The notes under the pieces are model-generated. The model made no database searches and was not told where the DNA came from. It was given only the letters and a program-made list of their open reading frames with translations. Position numbers and translations under genes: made by a program. Positions 40,401-48,268 of a DNA stretch of 64,000 nt are shown in pieces (position 1 is the stretch's first letter; each line of letters starts with the position of its first letter). The DNA is from a virus: the UHGV virus genome UHGV-1352483; one strand, 5' to 3'.

Positions 40401-41457
40401 GCTTAATGCTACCTATAAGACTGATAAAATGAGTCTTCTTATTGATAAATTTGATGCCCTTGAGGAATTCTACGGAAGTCTAAGGAGCAAAGGATATTAC
40501 CAGAGTGCCATTTCAAGGATAATGGGAGAAGCCAATCTGTTCATCCTTAACAATATGGGAGAGCATTATCTTCATACAAGAACTATGCTTTCAATGCTTA
40601 ATGCTTACAAAGTAAAGAATAATGTAGGAAGGGAAATAAGTCTGTTTGAAGCCTTTGAAGTTGAAAAGAAAGGCAAAGTAGGAAGACTTAAAATCAAGGA
40701 TGGGGTAACTAAACTTGATGGTAGTCCTATAACAGAGGCAGATATAACTGACCTTAAGTTAAAGATAGGCAAAGTAAACCAATCATTGAATGGTGCATTC
40801 AATTCTGAGGATAAAGGAGCCATACATAGGTATGCTTTAGGAAGATTGGCAATGCAGTTCAGGCAATGGATGCCAGCCCATTATTATAGAAGATTAGCCA
40901 AGCCATACTATGATGCCCAATTAGACCAATGGAGAGAAGGATATTATAGAACACTAGGAAGATTCTCAATAAACCTTATAAGGGATTTAAAGAGAGCCAA
41001 GTTTGAATTAGGTACAAGATGGAATGAATTAAGCCAGCATGAAAAGGCAAATATGAGAAGGTCAGGAGCTGAACTTGCAATGTTCGCTATCCTTACATCC
41101 ATTATAGGTTTAATGGCTTCTGCAAAGGATATGAAAGGAAACTGGTGGGAAAGGATGGCTCTTTATCAATTAAAGAGGTTAAAGTTAGAGGTAGGGGCAT
41201 CAATACCAATTGCTCCTGATTTTACCAGTAACTTAATGACTATATTACAGAGTCCATCTGCCTCAATAAACTCTTTCAATAATATTATGAACCTTGTAGA
41301 ATTCTGGAATATGGGTAATGAGCTTGAATCAGGAAGATACAAGGGCTGGACAGAATATGAAAGGGATTTAGTAAATGTATTCCCTATCTATGGACAGATA
41401 AGAAAACTTATTGACATAGGGGATGAAGATTATATGTTTAATATATTTAACCAATAA
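37462..41457 (+). CDS. giant hypothetical protein, probable virion cargo/ejection protein
   Basis: 1331 aa. Starts 2 nt after the RNAP stop. Many coiled-coil segments, no enzymatic motif. Confidence 0.4.
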   Translation: MSKACVWIPTVEVDGKEVESRLYKDLLSYTGNRESTKYLWALAQIPEFTSQLKGIKRDGNGEITFDSFNKAINVKDVLDGKTSLVEEKKSLDAINDKGNPIVHKDITNIIDKVIDFNMKDENKELVADVHKVDDGYTISVDYKTPENSEVPNTLMFNNSLNNKLLGIMNRLGFTAKVDDNLTYNGIFNPLDTDNTVDGLRTVIKVAKGERGEEAFPEEFSHFIIEGLVSQPLVERLLNSLNDDAVLQRILGENYEAYKQQYNGDRFMLQKEAAGQLLQSHIIKEDVPVSKNLVSRLWNWVKNRLSRLNESDIDRAIREANEGFAKLASKVKDESILSLLDGVNMLNTKPLYSLGGEVDKLQNIAEQALEVASRRLKIIQSRSKNGKYSEEDLASIKNLQDLISKKKYAKSALAFLTDSLVQIEQLDKQLNRLKTADVREDSDLGKIRKTSSILRNIKEFSDAYAPIIQDMMSIGAMQKRGDIDLSEEDAEAISNRAADIFKIINDVASNYKELRFNTVYNFLKLYWGEDKIIDSGKDKGKRVTLEMLMEMAQKDINGLDRWISSLSDASDPLLSVIDKSVKVSHANRDRILEDVLADLRGVHTKLKDAGFGTDFMYERDKNGKLTGRIISDIDFIRFNEERQQYIDELKKEGHEYYVIKSKVEAWERKRTEAVLIDAETGRKEILPAKSLYGTNTLSKLAPAQREYYDAMIKTKSFLDSLLPSRYVSTYNAVQIRNDIVEAVADNITDPKKAAKLVISNLKDKFVRRSDDTEFGERLDKEQKVMLDFSGNPVEKLPVYYTRQLEDLDRLSTDFTSSILAYAGMSINYHEMNKVVDVLELARDLVKDRQVQQVSGDAKLVEAFKVVHKKFSKAYTKPGERTNIGDRLDDYYASVLYGKSKRDEGTVNIFGLEVEAAKLLDEVKNYTGAVGLGLNLFSAISNVTMGKMQIFIEGVGGEYFNLKDSAIGKKNYYALLPHYLGQLNATYKTDKMSLLIDKFDALEEFYGSLRSKGYYQSAISRIMGEANLFILNNMGEHYLHTRTMLSMLNAYKVKNNVGREISLFEAFEVEKKGKVGRLKIKDGVTKLDGSPITEADITDLKLKIGKVNQSLNGAFNSEDKGAIHRYALGRLAMQFRQWMPAHYYRRLAKPYYDAQLDQWREGYYRTLGRFSINLIRDLKRAKFELGTRWNELSQHEKANMRRSGAELAMFAILTSIIGLMASAKDMKGNWWERMALYQLKRLKLEVGASIPIAPDFTSNLMTILQSPSASINSFNNIMNLVEFWNMGNELESGRYKGWTEYERDLVNVFPIYGQIRKLIDIGDEDYMFNIFNQ

Positions 41458-41494
41458 TATAGTTTTTCATTAGTTTAGTTAGTTTATGGACAAT

Positions 41495-41534
41495 AAAAAA
41501 GGAGGTAGCTTAATTGCTATCTCCTTTTTTTTTT
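41495..41534. terminator. bidirectional rho-independent terminator at the convergence point
   Basis: A6, then a 9-bp stem GGAGGTAGC / GCTATCTCC (one G.U pair) with loop TTAATT, then T10. Functional in either orientation. Sits between the converging + and - strand blocks. Confidence 0.65.
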
Positions 41535-41555
41535 ATCTCAAGATTTAAGTATTGG

Positions 41556-44500
41556 TTATCTACAGTTCTTGATAGTGTCCACAAGGGAATCGAATGCTTC
41601 CTGAGTAGTTATTGAATTTATATCAGGCAAGTGATTGTTGGGGTCATTTATATATTCCATAAGCTCACTTACATTCTTGAATCCTAGTTCTTTCATTGCA
41701 TTCCTGTTAGCTCTTACAAGCTTATTGAAGTCCTGACTTACAGAGGAAATCTGTAACTCCTTAGCACTCTTTGTCTGTGCAGGATTAAATGATTCCCCTA
41801 AACTTGGAACAGAAGATTTAGGTTCAGGAATTATAGGAGTAGGCTTAGGTTTTTCTTTCTTGGGAGCCTCAGGTTCTATGCCTAGAATCTTTGCAAGAGC
41901 AGCATCTGCATCTTCTACTCCCTCAAAGAACTCTCCTTCAGATTCTTTTGCAGCTTCTTTAGCAGCTTCCTCTCCTAACAGCTTCCTTATATCGTCCTCA
42001 GTAGCAGCTTCAAATATGGAATCCATAGTGTCCTTCTTGCTTCTTTTAGCTACATTCTTTGCTGCTTTTTTCTTTAAGTCTTCCAACTCTTTTCCTTTCT
42101 TTACCTTATAATTAACTACCCCATATTCTTCCCCATTAGAATAAGCTCCAAGATATAATGTTCTACTTCCATCTACAGGCTTGACAGTCTTGTTCTTAAT
42201 ATCATTCATAAACTTTATTTCATCAATGGTATTCTGGTCTGTTATCTGTTCAGTACCTTTGTAAACAGTTCCATCTTCCTTTAATATGAACCTATCCCCC
42301 CCATACATAATAGTAGAACCTGTTAAGGCATTATTTATTCCTTTTTTACCTGTATGCCCTTTTGGGGATTCATGGGTTTCATCAGGAATTGGTTCACCTG
42401 TCTCTAAGTCATTGATAAACATATCAAAGCTTGCATTAACATTGCCTGGTTGAAGTAAGTCAGTAGTCATAATATCTGAATCAAGTATATCCTGAACATA
42501 CTGGGAACTTGTCAGTTCTGATGGTATAATCTGGAATCTTAAATTGAGTTCATCATCCTGTAAAGCTGTAAGCAAAGCTGCTGCCTTACTCTGAGCATCC
42601 TGACCCTCTGCTATATTACTTTGGTATCCTGTAATAGACACTGAATCACCATTAAATAATATACTAGTTCCTTCTGGGAAATACAATACTTCTTCTAGGT
42701 CATACTTGGCAAGAGACCTCTCATAATCTGATTTACTTGAGTCTGCTACTGTCATTAAATCTTCAACTATCCTATCAAGAATAGGGGAGTTCTTATGCTC
42801 ATTTATATCATATTCTTCTGCATTGAACCTTCTCATTTGTATAGCTTTGGCATAATATCTTCCATCAGCTTCCTTAGTCATTAACCATACAGAACCCTCT
42901 CTTGGATTGGCATTATTTGTATTGATAGGAACTACTTCCTCATATTCATCAATACCAGGAGTCTTAAAGGTAGTATCATTATAGTATATACCGAATTTCG
43001 GTGTTTCCCCATTCATGAATGCCCTGTTCAGACTTCTCTTTCTTGGGCCTTCAGTCTCAGAGGATTTAACCATTCTTCCACTATATATATGCTTTATCTT
43101 ATTTGAGAACTTCTTTGATACAAATGGAATCTCAGAAGATACCTCCTCAGTTTCATCGGCTATACCATCAATTATCCTGTTATAATTGGACATTGACTGT
43201 TTGTTACCAGCATCAAACCCTAATGAGCCTACAGCCTGATATAGTTTTCCTTCACTATCTCTGAATGGATTTATAGGCTTGACTGTCTGATATACCTCGG
43301 GAGTAACCTCTATTGCCAGTAGTATAATTCCCTTACTAGCTAATCTTGGGTCAGGATGTACTACATAGTGAATGGGTAAATCTTTATTCCTATTGAACAG
43401 TTCCCCTAATGAACCGTTATCAACAAATTCATAAGCTCCTAGTTCATCAAGAGCCTGTACTACAGGATTATTTCTCTGTACTTTTCTTCTTAAAGTCCTA
43501 TCCTTCAATTCATTGAAGTCGTACTTTGTCTCAGTCCAGCTTCTTAAATATCCTACTCCTGTATTCCTCTTGGGTTCAGAGTTAGTTTCTGAATTAGTTC
43601 CTTCCCCATTCTCATGAGCAGGTGGCAGTATCTTATCATTATGTATTTTTTGAGCCAGTTTCTTTACAGATGGTTCAGCAGATTCCTTGCCTTTAGACAA
43701 ATCCTCTTTACCTGATGCTATCTCTTTCAACTCATTTAATGGCTTCTTTTTTAAACCATCAATAAGTTTTTCAGCAGAATTCTCTGGGGTTTTAACAGGT
43801 TTAGCAGGCTGTTCTTCACCCTTATTACTTTCCAGTTGTTCAGCATCAGGAGCATTTTCATCAGATGCTTCTGATAATGAGAACCCTTTCTTTTTCTTAT
43901 TCTCTTTCTTCTTTTTCTTCAAGGGCTTCTCAGGTACATTATTATCAGGTTTATCTACTTTACCTGATTCCTGAATCCTGTTATATTCATCAAGGAGTTC
44001 TTTTAATCCCTTACCTACATCTTCCCCTACTTCCTTTATAGCATCCTGTATAATACCTTGTGCACTTGCAGCTGATGTACCATTATCCAATGCATCCTGT
44101 ACTATATTTCTGATACTTTCGCTTTCAGGAGAATTATCATCAGGTAAGAGTTTGGATATTTCAGAAGACATCTTATCCAAGCTTTCATAGTCTCTTAATA
44201 AATCTTTGAGAGCTAAGTTACTACCTTTTCTTATATTATCAAATACTTTAGGAAGAATCTCTGGGTCTATATCCTTTATGGCTTCCTTGAACTCCTTTAT
44301 ATTACTTGCAGTATTAACTTTTGAAGTAGAATCCTCTACAATCTTCTTTGCCTGATTTTCTACTGCTGTATTAATAGCTTGCTGAATACTATCTACAAGA
44401 CCCTCAGGATTCTTGGTATACTCATTGTATTTTTCATTGAACTGCTTCCTTGCTTTTGCAAGCTTATCCAAGTCCTCAAGCTTCTGTAATAAATCAAATT

Positions 44501-46604
44501 TATCAAGAACATAACTGTTCTCTATTGCCTTTCTAAGTTCAGCCATTTCAGACAAGAACTTCTTGCTGCTGTTAGCGAGTAAAGCTTGCATAACAGGATT
44601 ACTCATGGAGGTTAAAGCTCTAAGCTGTTCTACTACTTCTGTATTTATACCATCAGAATTCAGCTTATGTTCTATTTCAGCAGCATTGGTATTCAATACT
44701 TCCTTTACTTCATCAGCAAGAGAATTAAATCTCTTATTCCAGTCCTCAGATTGGGTAGCTATCCAAGTAAGTTCCTCAAGTTCTTCATTACTTAATTGTT
44801 CTCCAGACTTTATGTCAATATTATCCTTTATTCTTTTATATTCATCAATTTGGGATAACATTTCATCCTTAGCCTTAGTAAGTTTTTCTGCAATCTGCTC
44901 ATTGGATAACTGATTTCCATTTTCTATGAATGGGCCATTACCCTGTTCATCAGTTGTATTCTTTACAACTGAGGCAATGTTTTCCTCAGAAGTATCATAT
45001 GCCTGTTCAATCCAATCCTTTAAGTCGTTTAACTTACTTGCATTATCAAACATGGCAATGTCCGATATAAACTGGGAATGTTCTGCATTCTTGAATTCAA
45101 ATTCATCCCCATTTATAGCAGCTTCATCCATATCATTCTGATACTTATTATGTCTTATAAGACCCTGATAATAGTTAAGGAACTCTGGAGAAGCAAGTCT
45201 ATCATTAAGTCTGTTGATTAATTCAGTATCCCTTGCTAAATCTTCCCTATATTCTTTAAATCCTCCTATGAGACCCCCTTCAATAGTAATAGGAGATTGG
45301 GGATTACCATTGGCATCAGTTCTTGACCTGAATCTTGGCATCCCAAGTGCTCCTGTAAGAGCCCCTATAAAGCCCTGTTCCCATGTTGAAGGAGTCTCAG
45401 CTACCTGTGCAATACCCTCAGCTGATGCTTTAAGCCAGTTCATGGTTTCCTCTTCTGCTTCAGGATTTAACTTTGAAGAATAAAATGAGTTTATATCAGT
45501 TCTGTATTTATGACCCGGAACTACATTTGCTACTTCCTGTTCTATCTCTTCTGCTCCCTCTGATAAAGGATTAAGGAAAGGTCTTGCTTTAGATAATGTA
45601 CTTACATACTTTCCATCCCTTAAGGCTATTGAAACAGACTTTCTTGCAGTCTTGTATCCCCCTGAATATAATTTGGCAAACTGTATGGTATTGGATGTAA
45701 GAAGAATAGGCATATTGAGTAGTAAATCAACATTACCCATTTTAGCTTTATCTTCCTGTATCTTTGCTATAGTCTGATTATATGCATCTCTGATAGGAGC
45801 CTCAAGTTCCTCATACTGGGGAGTACCCTTATAAGGAGCTATTAATGCAAGCTGCTGTGCAGTCTTTTCCTGTATTTCAGCAGTTACGGCTTCTTCCCAT
45901 TGGGTAGCATTATTCAGTGCTTCAATCTTTCCTTCACCAAATGCTGATATTCCAGCACCTACAAAGGATTTAATACCAGAGGGTATACCCCCCAGAGGTA
46001 TTGAGACAACAGCACCAGCAGCAGCAGCTCCTGCTGTAAAACCTAAGTTCTTTATAAACTTATCCCCAATCCAGTTTGTAGTAAATATATTCTTATACCA
46101 TTCTCCTGATTCATCATTCTGAATTTCTTGGTCAGTCATATAATTAGGCATAGCTTTTTCTGACCATTGGTTAACAGCTTCCATAGCTTTACCAAAGTCA
46201 TTATCCCATAAACCAGACCATTTTTGCTTATCAATGGCATTGAGTGCTCCCAGTACATTACCGACTGTTCCATTAAGGAATGTAGTACCTGTAAGGACTA
46301 ATGCCTTACCAGTACCATATGCCAGCTGCTCATACCAAGGTTGTAATCTTCCTCTAGTATCAGAAAGGTTATCAAGTTCTGTAGCTGATGTAATCTGTTC
46401 ATCAAGATGGGTATCATTCAAACCTGCAAAACCAATCTCCTGCATAGGAGATGTTTCCAGATTCTGTCTTTGCATTTCCTGAGCAAAAGAACGTCTTGGG
46501 GGATTAGGGGTTTCAACATACCCCTGATTCCCAAGTTCCCTTTCCATTCCCTCTGCTCTATTTATTCCCTTTAAGGGAGTTCCATAATCAAATTCTTCTG
46601 CCAT
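41556..46604 (-). CDS. giant structural/cargo protein with internal Lys-rich low-complexity tract
   Basis: 1682 aa. Contains KPLKKKKKENKKKKGF. Last gene of the - strand structural module. Confidence 0.45.
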   Translation of the reverse strand: MAEEFDYGTPLKGINRAEGMERELGNQGYVETPNPPRRSFAQEMQRQNLETSPMQEIGFAGLNDTHLDEQITSATELDNLSDTRGRLQPWYEQLAYGTGKALVLTGTTFLNGTVGNVLGALNAIDKQKWSGLWDNDFGKAMEAVNQWSEKAMPNYMTDQEIQNDESGEWYKNIFTTNWIGDKFIKNLGFTAGAAAAGAVVSIPLGGIPSGIKSFVGAGISAFGEGKIEALNNATQWEEAVTAEIQEKTAQQLALIAPYKGTPQYEELEAPIRDAYNQTIAKIQEDKAKMGNVDLLLNMPILLTSNTIQFAKLYSGGYKTARKSVSIALRDGKYVSTLSKARPFLNPLSEGAEEIEQEVANVVPGHKYRTDINSFYSSKLNPEAEEETMNWLKASAEGIAQVAETPSTWEQGFIGALTGALGMPRFRSRTDANGNPQSPITIEGGLIGGFKEYREDLARDTELINRLNDRLASPEFLNYYQGLIRHNKYQNDMDEAAINGDEFEFKNAEHSQFISDIAMFDNASKLNDLKDWIEQAYDTSEENIASVVKNTTDEQGNGPFIENGNQLSNEQIAEKLTKAKDEMLSQIDEYKRIKDNIDIKSGEQLSNEELEELTWIATQSEDWNKRFNSLADEVKEVLNTNAAEIEHKLNSDGINTEVVEQLRALTSMSNPVMQALLANSSKKFLSEMAELRKAIENSYVLDKFDLLQKLEDLDKLAKARKQFNEKYNEYTKNPEGLVDSIQQAINTAVENQAKKIVEDSTSKVNTASNIKEFKEAIKDIDPEILPKVFDNIRKGSNLALKDLLRDYESLDKMSSEISKLLPDDNSPESESIRNIVQDALDNGTSAASAQGIIQDAIKEVGEDVGKGLKELLDEYNRIQESGKVDKPDNNVPEKPLKKKKKENKKKKGFSLSEASDENAPDAEQLESNKGEEQPAKPVKTPENSAEKLIDGLKKKPLNELKEIASGKEDLSKGKESAEPSVKKLAQKIHNDKILPPAHENGEGTNSETNSEPKRNTGVGYLRSWTETKYDFNELKDRTLRRKVQRNNPVVQALDELGAYEFVDNGSLGELFNRNKDLPIHYVVHPDPRLASKGIILLAIEVTPEVYQTVKPINPFRDSEGKLYQAVGSLGFDAGNKQSMSNYNRIIDGIADETEEVSSEIPFVSKKFSNKIKHIYSGRMVKSSETEGPRKRSLNRAFMNGETPKFGIYYNDTTFKTPGIDEYEEVVPINTNNANPREGSVWLMTKEADGRYYAKAIQMRRFNAEEYDINEHKNSPILDRIVEDLMTVADSSKSDYERSLAKYDLEEVLYFPEGTSILFNGDSVSITGYQSNIAEGQDAQSKAAALLTALQDDELNLRFQIIPSELTSSQYVQDILDSDIMTTDLLQPGNVNASFDMFINDLETGEPIPDETHESPKGHTGKKGINNALTGSTIMYGGDRFILKEDGTVYKGTEQITDQNTIDEIKFMNDIKNKTVKPVDGSRTLYLGAYSNGEEYGVVNYKVKKGKELEDLKKKAAKNVAKRSKKDTMDSIFEAATEDDIRKLLGEEAAKEAAKESEGEFFEGVEDADAALAKILGIEPEAPKKEKPKPTPIIPEPKSSVPSLGESFNPAQTKSAKELQISSVSQDFNKLVRANRNAMKELGFKNVSELMEYINDPNNHLPDINSITTQEAFDSLVDTIKNCR

Positions 46605-46614
46605 ATTATTCTCC

Positions 46615-48267
46615 TTAATCTATCCAAGGTACATCAAGTTTAGCATCAGTCTTACCCTGAACTTTAGCTTGAGTATTAAATCTTCCATCCAAGAATCCCA
46701 TATATTGCATTACATGGAAATTAAGACTCTTATAATCCTTATTCTTCTTATCCTCATTTATCTTATCATGTAAGCTCTTAAGGGTTCTGTCCTTATCATC
46801 GAGTACCTCAGGGTCTACAATTACCCTCTTACTTTCCCCATTATCCACATAACTGTATATTAAGGAATTAGTTTCAGGGTCTAACATCATAAAGCCTTTT
46901 TCATCCTTGATTTCACTTACTATCTTATCAGCTTCCTTCTTGCTTAACTGGTCTCCTTTTCTTCCGTCGTCATATTCATATAAAGGAGATTTCTTCTCAT
47001 CAATGAGAGCTCTGGTATTCTCTCTGAATACTTTATTCAAAGGTTCATTGTCAGCTAAGTTTGTAGCATAGTTGAAGCTTCTTACTGCTGCTCCTTTAAG
47101 TTCATGTTCCAAAGCTGCAACTATCTGGTCAGGATTGGTAGTACCAAGCCTTGAAGTAATCTCTTTCAGCCTGTCGACATTAGGATAATATTCTTCCCTC
47201 TTACCATCTAATCCAGTAGGAGCTGACATCGTAAAGCCACCTTGAGGGTCAGGAGAGAAATATCTTGTTTCAGGATTCTCCTTATATGCTTTCTGCTTAA
47301 GGATTTCCCCATTGCTTGCAGCTACTTCCTTGATGAAGTCTATATCAGACTGTATCCTTGAAGTATCTATGCTGGCATCAACCTTTGTCTTAGGAATAGC
47401 TCTATACGGCAATCTTGGACTATCTTGTCCCATTGCATTAAGTTTAGCCCTCTTTATCGGGTCTAAGTATTCTTGGTTCTGCAATGTCTGATACTTGGTT
47501 TCCCCTATGGCATTCCATAATCCCTGATGGGCAAATTGATAAGCTCTGTCTATGATAGCCTGATTACCCCAATTACGTACTCCAGAACTTGTAATAGCAT
47601 CTTCGACTATCCTTTTAAGCTCTTGAGGAGCTGATGGGTCATTAGCTGCCGAGAGTATAATTTCCTCAGGACTGTATCCTTGTTTCATCCTTGTTTCAAA
47701 GTATTGTCCTTGAAGTATCCCCTTCCATTTTCTTGGGTCTTCCCTCATTTCCTTTGCAAGATTTGAAGCAGCAGTACCTACTTGTTTGCTTATTAAAGCA
47801 CCAGAGTATGATTGATAGGATAATGAAGGATTCTTTATCAAATCATCAAGACTTAATGTTGAAGCATCAGTATTGAACATCAGTGTATTATCTTGGGATA
47901 ATGCCTTTCTCTGTTCATCAAGAAGTTCTTTTCTTCTTGTATAAGCTTGTTCAATAGGAACTATCTCCTTAGAATATCTGCTCCTCATTTTATTCATATT
48001 CTGTCTGCTGCCTGGACTTAATCCATTCTTAGCAAGTTCCTCAGCCTGTGCAGCCAAGTCCTTGCTATATGTATTATATAAGCTGTAGGCATATGGGTCT
48101 GATTGTTCATTAGCCATTTGTTCCCACACACTTGCTTTAGTTGCAAGGTCTGCATATTGCTCTTCAACAGCTTGGTGGGCTTCAGTTGCTGCCTGTACAG
48201 GTTGAAGCATTTCAGCATAGGAGAATGGCTTGAACTTAGAGCCTATTACAATAGTATTTGCTGCCAT
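46615..48267 (-). CDS. structural/cargo protein
   Basis: 550 aa, tightly packed with neighbours in the - strand module. Confidence 0.4.
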   Translation of the reverse strand: MAANTIVIGSKFKPFSYAEMLQPVQAATEAHQAVEEQYADLATKASVWEQMANEQSDPYAYSLYNTYSKDLAAQAEELAKNGLSPGSRQNMNKMRSRYSKEIVPIEQAYTRRKELLDEQRKALSQDNTLMFNTDASTLSLDDLIKNPSLSYQSYSGALISKQVGTAASNLAKEMREDPRKWKGILQGQYFETRMKQGYSPEEIILSAANDPSAPQELKRIVEDAITSSGVRNWGNQAIIDRAYQFAHQGLWNAIGETKYQTLQNQEYLDPIKRAKLNAMGQDSPRLPYRAIPKTKVDASIDTSRIQSDIDFIKEVAASNGEILKQKAYKENPETRYFSPDPQGGFTMSAPTGLDGKREEYYPNVDRLKEITSRLGTTNPDQIVAALEHELKGAAVRSFNYATNLADNEPLNKVFRENTRALIDEKKSPLYEYDDGRKGDQLSKKEADKIVSEIKDEKGFMMLDPETNSLIYSYVDNGESKRVIVDPEVLDDKDRTLKSLHDKINEDKKNKDYKSLNFHVMQYMGFLDGRFNTQAKVQGKTDAKLDVPWID

Positions 48268-48268
48268 A

